This document shows, piece after piece, positions 37,333-50,000 of a stretch of DNA of 64,000 nt. Both the position numbers and the translations under genes were made by a program. The stretch's first letter is position 1; each line of letters begins with the position of its first letter. A model generated the notes under the pieces. The model searched no databases, had not been told where the DNA came from, and saw nothing but the letters and a program-made list of their open reading frames with translations. Where the stretch lies: NCBI RefSeq assembly GCF_052425735.1, contig NC_135769.1, forward strand, positions 32,302,001 through 32,366,000. Reading direction: 5' to 3'. This stretch comes from Oculina patagonica. Lineage: Eukaryota.

Positions 37333-39233
37333 TTCTGTCTGTCTCTCAGTGTCCGTATATGTCTATCTGTGTCCGTAGAAGTTTCAAAGGTACGTGAAGG
37401 TACATTTCCAAGGTACAAGAAAGAAGTGAGATGCGATAAATAAGACCATTGCCCACGACTTTCTCCCCTCTAGCCCGTATATACCTCATGCGGTAGAGCG
37501 AGGTAACACTAAAGGGGTCGCCAGTTGGTACTGTATAACCGATTTTCCCTTGAGCGCAATGTGTGTTGCTCTGCCTTGTACGGTTTGGTTTCCCTTCCTT
37601 GCTAGGGTAAATTCCCAACAGTCGTCAGATAGAAAATTTATAATGATATCATGTTCAAGATACATCGTCAGTTGTGCAAAAGTGAACAAATCGTAAGCAT
37701 ACAGAACACCTGCATTTTGTTCAATTTTGTACCATCTGAAAGATTCGTAGTGATTTAGTGATAGTTCCCTTGTTCTCTGTTTGTTTGGGCATGTTGAAGA
37801 GGACGAAAAGCGATATAATTATTCTTTTGTATTGCTGTTTATAGGGAGGAGGAGAAGATGAGGCGGTACAGAACTCTCAAAGTATTTTTGATCCTACAGG
37901 GGATTTGTTTTATCCTTCCTTGTACACTTGCCTGGCTCTAGTGGCTGTTATCTTTGTTATTGGCTTGGTGGCCGAGCTGTTCTACTTCAGACCAGGCCGG
38001 TCGTGCAAGAAAGGCAAGTGTTTTAAAATGAATCAATTTATTTAGGTAAGAACGTATAGGATCGGTAGATATTTGATCAGTTACACTTCGCCAATAAAAC
38101 TGAAATAATCAAAAAATTCTTTCTTGAAAAAAGATCACTATACCGTTCTCCAGGAGAACAAAGCAGTTTTCACTTGAGTGTCGAAAGTTACAGTATACGA
38201 GTTTACTTTGGCTTTGCATTACTCTTCGGTGATTGGTTTAAAAAAACTCGCGCCACCCTAGAGCAAAACCCAAACCAATCGCTTTAGGCAATCATAAAGA
38301 ACATAGACAATTTAGTAAACCAATCAAAACTCAAAGTAAGTACATGTATCCGGCACGGAGCGAGGGAAAACGTGCGCAAGCGAGTCACGATTGGTTTTGG
38401 TTTTACTTACCGTATTTACTCGAATAAATGCCGCGGCGCTTATTAAATTTTTCGCGTCTCAAGTGCGGCGGTTATTCGAGGGCGGCGCTTATTTGAGGGC
38501 AACGCTTATTTAAAATTTGGACGCCAAAAAGAATCTAATCATTTACAGTAATTGAAAATAGCGTCTTTTGATTGTCAGTCTTCGTCTCGTGCTGAAGAAA
38601 GAAGTAGCGCTAGCTGTCTTGCAAAGTTCACGGCCTTCACATCATTTACAGAGCTGCGTGTTGCAAGAATGTTGGATAGAAGAACTTATGGGCGAGCGCT
38701 AAAACAATAACTTTGAACTGCAAAACATCGCTTTTGATGAAAAAGGAATGTCTAAGTTTGTTTTAGAGTTGCTTTGTAGTGCTGTCATTAGTTAAACGGA
38801 ATTCCTTAAATAAGCGCCGCATCGGGACTGCGGCGCTTTTTCGGGGGCGGCGCTTATTATCTTTATTTTCCTTTATTTTCCGGCGCTTATTCGAGTAAAT
38901 ACGGTACTCGCTCACACACGTTTTTCCACGCTTCATGCCGGTTAGTTTGAATGGTTCATTGAAATGTCTGTGTCCTTTGTGATTGGCCAGAGTGGTTACT
39001 ACGACTTTCAATCGAGAATCGCTCTAATCATCTTTTGAATCTAATTCTGCGTTGCAGGAGAAAAGCTTACAGAAAGCATTGCTATGACAGAACCTGATGA
39101 GAAAACTCCACTCGATCAACTGGAAAAGGAAATGATAATTGAAGTGCAAGCTTTGTTTAACAAGTACCGTGAAAAGCTGGAACAAAGTGCTGAAAATAAC
39201 GGCAACGCCCTCACTATGCATTCTTCGGTGTGA
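31137..39233 (+). CDS. Glutamate-receptor-like (GluR0-type) channel with K+ selectivity filter. Exons 31137-31356, 31793-32130, 33506-33600, 34158-34314, 35153-35216, 35750-35803, 36998-37212, 37845-38013, 39058-39233
   Basis: Signal peptide; S1-like (VSWLVRPPY..G); M1 (WPVLILTILLSILAGVFLWLL); pore (EGFWWAFVSMTTVG|YGDRAP); M3 (GRSFAVAWILVGICICSIFTATLTTSL); S2-like (VGVLKRS...YNSVEEMREALDNGKIEGVLLD...YG); M4 (LYTCLALVAVIFVIGLVAELF); helical C-tail. All junctions are in phase. Confidence 0.87.
32340..32490 (+). mobile_element. Degenerate Harbinger (HARBI1-like) transposase N-terminal fragment
   Basis: Frameshifted translation CWIRELF...GEYHTIV...EMREND.SFYQYFRMTPERFDHLL. Confidence 0.65.
32500..32950 (-). 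mobile_element. Non-LTR retrotransposon ORF2 fragment
   Basis: ORF 32437-32823 contains LVNKINEAFVGVMQEYNPL, resembling the linker before the RT domain of CR1/L2-group LINEs. The remnant looks rearranged. Confidence 0.45.
35843..36790 (-). mobile_element. 5'-truncated CR1/L2-group LINE (RT C-terminal half) with (TTA)n tail
   Basis: GIPQGTKLG..LF, KFVDD, LNPSKC, KLLGV, WDYHI, RPILEYAAPVW. The (AAT)n run at 35843-35870 is the 3' tail. Confidence 0.88.
37300..37345. repeat. (TCTG)n microsatellite
   Basis: About 10 tandem units. Confidence 0.9.
38410..38904. mobile_element. pogo/Tigger-like MITE
   Basis: TA|CCGTATTTACTCGAATAA ... TTATTCGAGTAAATACGG|TA. Internal CGGCGCTTATT repeats. Confidence 0.85.
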
Positions 39234-40108
39234 ACTGTGTGAAGAGACACATGATAAACCTGTGTTACAATGTTTAAATGCAGGAGATAGATTACCGGCA
39301 ACTGTTTCAGCTTAACGTTGCCTTTATTTTTTCCCTTTCTTTTTCCTGTGGTGAAATGTGTCGAAAAGACCGTCGAATTGTGTCAGTTTGAGAACGATTT
39401 TGAGCCAACCGCGGGTACAAGCTGAAGTGATGCACCTGACGAAGCAGCCACATTTTTGGCGGAAAATTTGTTTATCGTTAAAATGCTTTGAATTCCCCGG
39501 ACCCCCATTCAAAGGTTGGCGGAGAGGGCTTATTAGAGAGTCGGCTCGTTTCGTTCAGCTGGCGCATTTAAAATGGTTGTGTTACAATAAAACTGTAATA
39601 AAACAATAAATGCTGTTTGTTAATAAGCCTGTTTATGTCTTGGTTAACTGAGGAAAGCACACGTCAGATTAGCTCAGTTGGTTAGGTGCCAGCTTTCAAC
39701 GCGGTAGGGTAACAGGTCTGAATCCTGGACGAACCACTATTGCGTCTTGTGTACACAGGACCGGCCCCAGATGATTCCGGTCCGCGACCAGACCGTATCA
39801 CATATTTTTTTTTCACATAAACCTTTCTTTTATGAGCGTCTCTTCACACGGGACCGATCCGGTACCGTTCGTAGGATCAACGTGAGACAATCAGCTCTTT
39901 CTACCAGTTACTCATGCGCACAATATAAGAAGCGGTATCGAACCGGATGTATTTGGGACCGTCCAGTATGATCAGAACGAAAACTGCATAACCGGCTCGT
40001 AAATAAGCGCAACGGTCTGTGTCCACACAAAGGAGAGGGCCAGAACGGTTCCAACACTGGACTTCCTCTTTTGCAGGTCCAAAATATCGCATTAGATCGG
40101 GACTGGAT

Positions 40109-40267
40109 TACCTGGGGCCAGAGGGAGAGGAGGAATCACGGACGAGCCCCACGCAGACGCGGGGCCGCGCTCTCCCACGAGAGAGAAAGCGTGACGAGCC
40201 AGAGCGCGAGGAGGCAGGCTCACCGCCGCGCCGCAAAAAAAAAAATACCCGTCTGGCACCCAGGGTA
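40109..40267. mobile_element. Short GC-rich MITE with 9-bp TSD
   Basis: GGACTGGAT|TACCTGGGGCCAGA ... TCTGGCACCCAGGGTA|GGACTGGAT. Confidence 0.75.
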
Positions 40268-40901
40268 GGACTGGATAGGCGCAACGGATGGCGGGGTCCG
40301 AGTTAACGATAAGTCTGTTCGGTCTGATTTCCTTGAAACATGGCCCAAGTCTATGCCACATCGTATTGAAATTTCAATTTGTATGGACCACCCCAAGGAA
40401 AAAGCACAGACCACCCTAGGGAGCACCCGATCCCGATACATTAGAGGATCTCATAAGCAGTAACTGATAAGCTCATCACGGTTAATAAATGATACAAATC
40501 GCTTTTATTTTAAAAGCACAATTATACAAAGATCGCAAACGTAAGTTTTTTTTTTCGTTGAGAGGTTGTGGCATCTATCAAATAGTTTAAAAATAATACA
40601 GCCATCTTGAACCAAACAGATCTGCGGGTTCGTTTGTTTTCTTTTAACCTCCGTGTCCTAGTTTATTCTGAGCCTGAAATGTAATGATTGTCTTTGTTTC
40701 TTGAATTGTTTCTAAAATTGGAATGAAAGTGAATAAGTGAAGGAAGAAATTAACACTTGTTGGCTAAACTGTTTGTATCGGTGCAACTCAAGCTCCTATG
40801 ACTATCAAACTACAAGAATGCAGTTTTTTTTCTCTGATTGTTGTGCCTTCCAACAGACCTTCTCTTCTCATGCGCAAAGTTCACTGGCACAAATTGCAAG
40901 T

Positions 40902-43900
40902 TTATCGTGAGGAGCTCGAACTTGATCGGCTATATCTTCGTCTTCTCGGTGGAGACCGACTTCTGCTTCGTGATTTCGAACGAGACCGGCGTCGTGGAGA
41001 CGGCGATCGTCTTCCCGCCCTAAACGAACCACGGAATCTGGCGGGCGGGGATCTTCTCCACGCTGGCGGCGGGGGACGGCGCCGCGGGGGAGGTGGACTG
41101 GGTCGGCGAGCAGGTCTGATGTCGCGCGGCCTGATGGGTAGCACCATCTGTGCTGTGATCTCTTGTCCATCAATTTGTCCTCCATCCATGTGCTTCATAG
41201 CGCTATCCGCATCCTCTGCGTCATCATAGTCCACATACGCAAATCCCCTGGGAAGAAAATTAAAGCGGTCCATAGGCAAGTCTACTGACTTAACGTGGCC
41301 GTACACGCTAAATATCTCAAACACGTGATCCTTGGTGACGTTGCGTGTGAGATGAGCCACGTACAGCTTGGTGGGTTTGGGAGTCGGGCTTCGTTTACGT
41401 CTCCTTGGCGAGCGCGAGGAACCAGACGAAGATGATGAACGCGCGCGAGGTCCGCGCTTCGCGGGGCTGGGGGACTTGGAAACGGACTTGGAAACTGATC
41501 GCCGTGTGGGCCTGGTGCGAGGTGGAGGAGTGGGTGACTTGGTGACTGGAGATTTCTTAGGTGACTTGGGGGGAGGGGAAGCTTTTGGCGACTTGATTTT
41601 AGGGGGAGGGGGTGGTGCTTTATCTTTGATTTCTTTGGGTTCTTTTGTGACTTCTTTCACTTCTTTAGTCTCCTTTTCCTTGACTTCTTTCTTAGCCTTG
41701 GATGTCTTGCTTTTCTCATTATCTATGGAACAAAATCAAATTAAAGGTCTGAACAGAAACAATGTGAAGGTGCCAAAGGTTTGGAAAAATTTTGCCTGTA
41801 AATGGTACTTAAGGGTGAAGTTTGAGCAACTAATGTTTCAAGAAGTATTTTCCGAACCCAAAATTCCTTCCTTCACCATCAGCTTTTGTGGTACTTGACA
41901 AAAAACACATTCTTATACACTTCTGGATTACGTGTCCTGAACTTATTGGAGGTAAGGCAAAACAGAAATCAATCACCAAGCTCATTTCTTTATCTTCTCC
42001 CCTTTTTTTTTTGTTTATCTAATTCTCAAAATTTAACACAGGGTTTTTTTCTTCCCTTCATATAAGGCAGCATATTTTTTTTTTTTTTATATATATAATT
42101 TTTTTTTATATATATAAACCCCTTCATGGATTGTTGCAAAATAATGACCACTAGAAAATGTATCAATATGAGGTGTCAGTGCAAACTTACAGGTGAATTT
42201 TCTGCCATTCTTTTGGCCACTAAGCTCAAGATTGAAGTAGGCTTCTGCAGTAAAAGCAACCAACCTCCAATATAACTGGAGTCTATTATCAACTGCTGGT
42301 AGGAGTTTGATTCAAAAGGTTGCATATCAAACCTTTTGAACGAAAATAAGCTCTGGGGCTTATTACTGGAATTTAATCATTGGTAAATTACTTCATGGCA
42401 TTCTTTTTGTTATGTCATTTAATGTTAACATGAACTTACAAATTACCAGGACTTGTCAAGACCTGCCAATAAACTTCTACACTTTTTAGGCCTTTCCAGC
42501 CCTGGGAAATGGCAAAAGAAAAGGAAGTGGGAAAGAAAAAATGATAAAGAAATCAATCAGTTACTTGGACTTTTTTTCTTTTCCTAGCACCTTGTGTCAC
42601 TGACTGTTAAATACAGTCGAAGCTCTCTTAATGGACACTCTCCTGGGCGGACAGCTCTACTAACGGCCACCTTGTTTGAAACCCCATTTTAACTCCCATA
42701 CAAACTCTGTATTTTTACATTCTCGTAAGCGGACATTCCCTTAAGCGGCCGCGGACACTTTCAGGGATCACGACTTAGACGTTTTCTTTGTTTTTAAGCT
42801 CCCGTAAGCAGACACCCCAAAGAAGAACCTATTAAAAACCTCTGTATCTTGCTTTTTTATCAATCAACTTCACATCACCATTTGTCACAATAATTTTACA
42901 GTAATTACAGTACCATATTTTAGTGTTCGTTTTGTCGTCATCCACGTCTGTCTGTTATTGTTAGCTGGGCAAGCTCCCGTAAGCAGCCATCAATCCCCTA
43001 CAACCCTGGTGGCCGCTTACGAGAACCATTCTCGTAAGCGGCCAGCTCCAGTTACGGACATTTTTCGCGTCCCGAGGGTGCCCGCTTACGAGAGCTTCGA
43101 CTGTATCTTTCTTATTTCTCAGCCAAGATTACCATACCACCCACACAATCTTGTGCAGTGGTTTTCATTATCTTTTGCTGGGACAGCACACACAGAATTG
43201 TGAACCCCTAAAAAGCTGGTCGTTCAGTTGGCATTTAAAAAACTGACAAAGGCCAAAGTTTTTTGGTCCAAAAATCTTTTAATTTTAAAAAGTTGTTTCT
43301 AATGTTTACACAAGTCAGTGTCAGGCAGAAAAATTTGTCCCTGACTTCAATTTTAGCAGTTTTCTTATATTCATGTAAAAATCATTTTTTTCAAACATTT
43401 CCACTCATCCACAAAACTAATCCTAGCAATATGCAGAAATTTTGTCACGTAAACCTAGTTATATGGCCTAGCTCCCACAAGTCTCCTGTAGTTCAAAGGC
43501 AGGGTGGCCAACTGGTGTCTAAGAGGTAATAGGCTACAACCTCTACTACCTTTTCTGAGCTACCGTGACTAGCCAACTTTTTTCTGTGTTATTCACATGT
43601 AGAACATTCAAGTTTGTCTAGAAAAACCGTGCGTTTTTCAACTGAACCAATTAACGTTTGGAGCGTCAACATGCCAAGCTTGACAGCTCCACCTGTGTGT
43701 TTTGCACATGAAGCAATGGTTTTCAACACTTTTGTGTTGACTTTTTATATTTCTTCAATGAATGTTGACAGCAAAGGGAAGCATAACATTTCTGGCAAAT
43801 GCTTCGACAGCAATATTCGATGGTTTATTTATTTTTTACATTTTGGGGGGATTTTTTTAACATTAAGCTATGTTAAATGGTTCACTTGTAAAACGTGACA

Positions 43901-45048
43901 GTTTGTCAGACAAACTTGAATGTTTTACATGTGAGAAAACGCAGAAGAAAGTTAGCCCTTCAAGGTAGCTCTAAAATGGTAGTAAGTACATTAAGACAAT
44001 CTTACCACTGCTGCTGCTACTCGATCCACTACTGCTTGAGCCGCTGCTTGAACCGGAGCTGCTGCTTCTACTGCTACTGGATCCAGAACTGGAGCTACGA
44101 CTACCAGAACTTGACGAGCTGCCAGAGCTTGATGATGAACTGCAATCATGTAATAACAAAACATAAGAAAATAACAACAATATGGTGTCTTTGGTGAGGG
44201 TGTTCCATTTTACAAGTTATTATTTTCCTTAGCAACTCTTTGATGACAAACAACCACAAAAACACTCGCATCTCAGAGAAAAGTAGAAACTGAAATTTTG
44301 CCTGCTCTGACTGATTTACAAAGAACTTGTCCAACATAAACATCAAACAACGCGATGTTTTTTGTAATGTTTGCATGCATGATTTGGGTTAAATAAGCCG
44401 ATATTCAAATTTGCTGTGGCTATATAGAATTCTTTTAGCCATTCTAAGATTCTGCACGTGTAGCATTTGTTGTTTGATTCGCGTGCAAGTTTATACATCA
44501 AGGTTACAACTGTAAACAAACATGCACACTGCACGTTGTCCGCATATTCTTGCATTCAGCTCAAATGGCAATGAATTTTGACTTATCTATATAATAATGA
44601 AGTCAACAAAAACTTTAAAGATGGTATAATTAACCACATTTTCAAAAGGACGCAAAAAATTTTTAGGTGAAAGATGCAGTCAAGATGTTATAGTTCACCT
44701 GCTGGATGAACGGCTGCGTCGCCGACTTCCCTTGTCTGTAGAATTTTTTACACTGCTTTTGCCTTTATCTCCTTTGGTTTTAGCTTTTCCTTTACTTGAC
44801 TTTACTGGGCTACGGCCCCGGGTGCTAGAAGTGCGTTTCTTTTCCTTGTCCTTGTCCTTGCGTGGTGCCGGAGAGCGCGAGCGACTTCTGCGACCCCTGT
44901 AAAACAGCGGAAATAAGGGCGAAATTATGAAAAGACCATTCTAATAAGTACAGAGAACTAATTTCCAACATCTTTAGAAGTGCACAGCATCATTGAAATG
45001 TTTAGAAACAATAGGATGGACGAGGATTTTACAAGAATCTACTTACAT
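40902..45048 (-). CDS. RNPS1: RNA-binding protein with serine-rich domain 1. Exons 45048-45047 (AT), 44896-44699, 44139-44006, 41722-40902
   Basis: Ser-rich tract, RRM PKPTKLYVAHLTRNVTKDHVFEIFSVYG...AMKHMDGGQIDGQEI, RS/P tail ending RSSSSSSR. Junction phases are consistent. Confidence 0.95.
42614..43103. mobile_element. Tc1/mariner-pogo-like MITE, complete copy 2
   Basis: TA|CAGTCGAAGCTCTC ... GAGAGCTTCGACTG|TA. Same family as 1-467. Confidence 0.9.
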
Positions 45049-45144
45049 TTTGCAAGTAACAACTCAAAAAGCCGCCAAGATGGCCGAATCCAGCGGGTCA
45101 GCGCTTTACTAGATTCCAGGCCTCTGTCAACTAACGCATCCAAC
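45049..45144. promoter_or_regulatory. Bidirectional promoter RNPS1/EEF2KMT
   Basis: Divergent start codons 96 bp apart. YY1-like motifs CAAGATGGC and AACATGGCGG. Confidence 0.7.
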
Positions 45145-47009
45145 ATGGCGGACAGGTCGTGCGCTGCAGATTTTAGCGAAATTCAAAAGCAGTATCTACA
45201 AATGGCCCCATTGAAGGGATTTCTTTGGAAAGTTAGTTTCATATGTTTCTAGTGAATCAATCCTTCTTAATTTTATTCTGAGCGGGAGTGTTGCTTTTCA
45301 GACAATCGAACAAACACAGAGACTCGACTTGGAAACACAGAGAAAAATACTTCATATGGTGGGTAGAATTTCTGTTAATTCAGCTTTAGCGCAGTTTCAG
45401 GGAAAAGAATTATTGTAAGGTTTTGACTTTAAAAAATTGTTCAAAAGTAGCGGTGTATTGTGTAGTTGCTCCTTTGGTAGAAAACCTTCTCAAAGTTGCA
45501 TACATAAGCTTATTCATCACCTTCAAAATCATGATCAAGATCATGGCCAATCTGTTACTTTATTATCTTCAAGCCCCATCATTTCTTATTTTGAATTTAT
45601 GCATGTGGTTTCTGGGAATGTGCAGTTTCAGAAAATATCCATACCCACCCCACAAAAGGTCACTGGAAATTCCAAGAGGGTTGGGGGTCTCCATGGGAGG
45701 CACATTGGCGTAATGGTTAGTGCACCGGACTCCGGATCGACAGTTCCGGGTTTGAGCCCTGGCCGAGGTCACTGTGTCATGTCCTTGGGCAAGACACTTT
45801 ACTCTCATAGTGCCTCTCTCCACCCAGGTGTATAAAAATGGGTACGGGTGACATACTTATGCTGGGAGGGAAATGGACTAGCATCCCATTCAGGGGTGGG
45901 AATAGAAATGTTCCTAGCTGCTTAATGCTATGGATAATAATAATTATTAATAATAAGTTAGTCTAATTATTATTAACTGGAAGGAGAAAAACATACAGGT
46001 AAGTTAAATAAATGCAAAGAAATTAATGGCAACAATAATTCCAGGATAACGGTTGCATCTCTTTCAGACATACTTCTTTACTGCAAATTCCAAGTATGCT
46101 CCTTCAGTAACATACCAAAGATTATTTCTGAAGCACATTCTCAAACTGTGTGAAGAAAATGGCAGTGAAATTTCTGATGAACTTTATGAAGCTTATGGAG
46201 ATGTTTTTGGCAAAGTAGAGGACTTAAATGCCAAGTGTTTCAAAACATATATAGTGGTGAGATTTATTGACTGTTTTTACTTGTTTAGATGAGAGGCCCG
46301 GTGGCCTAATGGTAAGTGCGCCGGACTCCAGAGGGAACGTTCCAAATTCAAGACCCAGGGTCACTGTGTTGTGTTCTTGGGCAAGACACTTTACTCTCAT
46401 AGTGCCTCTCTCCACCCAGGTGTATAAATGGGTACTGGCGAAATAATGCTGGAGGGGGGGGGGGGCACCCTGCAATGGACTAGCATCCCATCCAGGGGGG
46501 AGTAGAAATATTCCTTGTTGCTTAATGGTAAGGAAACCAGGATAAGCTCTGGCAGTATGGGCCACTTTGGCTCGAAGCTGCCCTTTGTATTTATTACTTG
46601 TTTAGATTGTCTTGACTCAACCCTTTGCATTTTGCAAAACTAATATAGTGCCTAAATCCACGAACAAATAAATCTAATACTCACCCACTGAAAATGTCTG
46701 CTTTGCAGGCTGGAATTCAGTGGCAGATCCAGGGGAGAGGCCCGGGGCTTCACCTTATTTTTAGGCTAAATAGAGGCCCATAGTCCCAAGAAAAATTATT
46801 TTCGAAAGTGCCCCAACCCCCTTATTCCTGGGTCTGCATGATGTCTTTGAGCATTGAAGAACAATTTCTGTCAGAACAGAAAGAATTCCAATGTTTGTGC
46901 TACACTTGACCTATTAGTAAGCAGCACTTGTTAGATGCACTGTGTTGACCTCAAGTGGTGGCTTGATGAAAATTTACCAGCCCACTGTTCAGGGAAATAA
47001 TAAGCACAG

Positions 47010-47041
<32 letters not shown>

Positions 47042-50000
47042 ATAAGCATTCAGACTTAAGAGAGCAGTGAAAATCAAGCCTACGACGTAGAAAGTCTGTT
47101 ATTTTAACCTTATGTTAATTAATATTACTGTGTTTAATTGTAGCCTTGTGGGGCATTACTAACACTTAAAGAAACTCAACAGTACATCTCCAAAGGAACA
47201 ACAGGACTTAGTACTTGGATGGTATGGTTTTCCTTAAATTAGTGCGCTAAAGGGCCACATACATGTTAACATGTATCAAGTGATTATAACAGCATGCAAC
47301 ATCTGCCATATTTAGCGCAGAATGCACTATTGTGATGGTTTGGTGGGTTGGCGTCTGCTAAACCCCTAAACCACTAAAGCACTAAACCACTAAACCGCTA
47401 ACGCGATGTAAACTTTTAATCACCAAATCACCAAAAATCACCAAATCACCAAAGGGGGAGGGGATGGAGAGCACCTGACCGTGTGCCCTTGGTAAAACAG
47501 GGAGTATATTGACGATACTTACAATTGAAGAACTCAAGGTATATATTTGTTTCAGAAAGCACTATGCTCTCCTTGTGGTACAATTCTTTGTGGAACAAAA
47601 TACTTTGTGCTACATGCATGCGCAGATCAGTCTACGTCACGAACATTGCGTGTTTCTACTGCAGAAGGATTCGTGTAGACTCCGTGGCGCCAAGTTAAAA
47701 CCACAAATTAATTGAATTAAACACTAAGGCGTCATAGCAGTTTATGTGAAATAATTCTTGATATGGCAACGCTGTTTTCTTAGAAAAGGTGATCTAGCAT
47801 CTCATAATTAATTGATAATATCTGTGTATAATTTTTAGCGACAATTTCGGGGGAAAAAGTCGCAATTTCAACATTTTATGCTTTGTAATTCATAGTTTGT
47901 GCTCTGCTCATGCACTGTTCTGAAAATTTGTAATTTTGTAGGTCTTTTTCTAAATGCTGAAGGGGACAATGCGGTATGATTCTTGTAGAATCTGTGGTGT
48001 TAATTTAATTAGACTTAAACACATCATAGCAGTCTAAGAGAAAAACAAAGGTATCATGTTACAAACCTTTGCACGAAAAGCACAAAAATCATGTTTGCTG
48101 CTTCAATACTCAACTGAAAGGTGAACTCATTTGACTTTTTCTCAAGCGAAATTACCCTGGAAAATTATTATCATGCTGTCGATTGATTGGCCATATTGCT
48201 TTCTGCACTGTCCTTTGAGTCTCTGAGTCTAAGGTGGATTAACTCCTGGGTTGCTGCTGTGCATGGTCTCTCTAACTAGTAACAGAAACCTCAGATTCTG
48301 CAAGCTGGACAGCAACTGGTGGTTATGGGCTATTTACTGTGTTTGTTATAAGAGTCGACTTTGTTGTCTGTTGCTCTGTATAATTAACATGCAGTTTTTT
48401 ATTGTTTTCTAACACAGGCAGGAGAATATCTTGCTGAGTGGGCACTGGAAAACACATCAACTTTCAAAGACAGGTGACTCAGTCAGTGTTTGTACATGCT
48501 TATTGACTGAACCAGAAGCCCTGAGTTTCTTTTTATGTATTTTCTAAGAATAAGCCTATCTGAGAGATATAGCCTTACATTACAATAATGCCAAAAAACG
48601 TGCATGCCGATCTTATACAAATCTGACAACCTTGGACCAACTCAAGCGACTTAGAGAGGTGTTCACCTTAAAGAGAGTTCAGTTGCAGACAAACATGTAA
48701 AATTCAACCAGGATATGTGAGCCAACCTTTAAGCATACACCTAAAGGATATGTCTGTCTTACAGTGGTGTCTGCTAAATAAGAGAGGTGACTTTAATTCT
48801 GCAAAGAGGTCATGAGCTGAAATCAAAATATTATTTTATGGACTAACTGATTTATTTCTAATATCGTCCTTTGTATTGTGGATTTGTCTACCATGCAGGA
48901 ACATCATAGAGTTGGGCTGTGGCGTTGGTTTGACAGGACTTGTTATTTGTTCTACAAGCTCGCCGTGCCAGTACATATTCAGCGACTATCATGAGGAGGT
49001 TCTTGAAGCTCTTCATTGCAACCTTGGATTAAATGGATTTACTCCAAACTTTGAACCAAGCCAGATGGAAGAGACATCATTATCTTGTACTGTTAGAAAA
49101 AATAATATTGACTCCGAAAAAAGCATGGATAAACATTTGGAAGAAAAACCAGTGGCAATGAGCATTCATTTGACTAACGACAATCAAAATCATACAAACA
49201 GCAGTAAAATACCAGTAGCTTTACACCAAAGATCTGAATTGACTAACGACAAGACAAAAGTAAAGGAGTCAGATTTACAGAAATGTGATGGCATTCTAGG
49301 GTGTAAGGCTTGTGGTTCTGATTTCTTGGAAAGTGATGGTACGTGTAACCAGTCAAGCAGAGCTGTAAATTTTATTGCTTACTTTTCAAGACAATCTTCG
49401 AATATCTGGAGACATTTAGCTGACGACTGTGGGAAACATTCTGAGAGAGCCCAGGTAGATGTTTGTAAATTAGAGTGGCAAAATCTGAGGAAAAGTGATT
49501 TGGAGAAATTTCCTGTTGGGATCATCTTAGCTGCTGGTATGTAATATAATCTGAGATAATATATAACTATTTTTATAAGTACCATTTTTTTTCTCTTGTT
49601 CTTTCTCGCTCTTAAATTTAGTGTATGCTGTCTGGTGTTTCTTCTTTAACTGAAAAATTATGAAAAAATCTTTAAAGGAAAGAATAAACTGAGGCAAAGA
49701 GGGAGAGTATGGATATTTTCTTGTTGAAACTCTTAAACCTGGCCCAGGGGGGGTACTCCCATAAATTTCGGATAGGGGTGTGCCGCCAAGGTTCTTAAAC
49801 CCTGCCCCTATTTAAGGATAAAGAAAGCGAAAATTGATACCCTTTTTAAGGCCCAAAACCGAAAAATGACACCCTATTCAAGGGGAGGAGAAGCGTTCCG
49901 TGACGACCCAAATAACGGCTAACCGCGCACGGCAAGACACAAATCTTTATAAAATCGCTTTTCTAATACCTGAACAGAAAATTCAGTTTTAAGATATCTT

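Noticed and set aside
39655-39740. tRNA-like sequence (TAGCTCAGTTGG ... GAATCC)
   Set aside because: No complete cloverleaf. More likely a decayed SINE head.
40798-41898. Long plus-strand ORFs (143 and 176 aa)
   Set aside because: Antisense shadows of the low-complexity RNPS1 coding exon.
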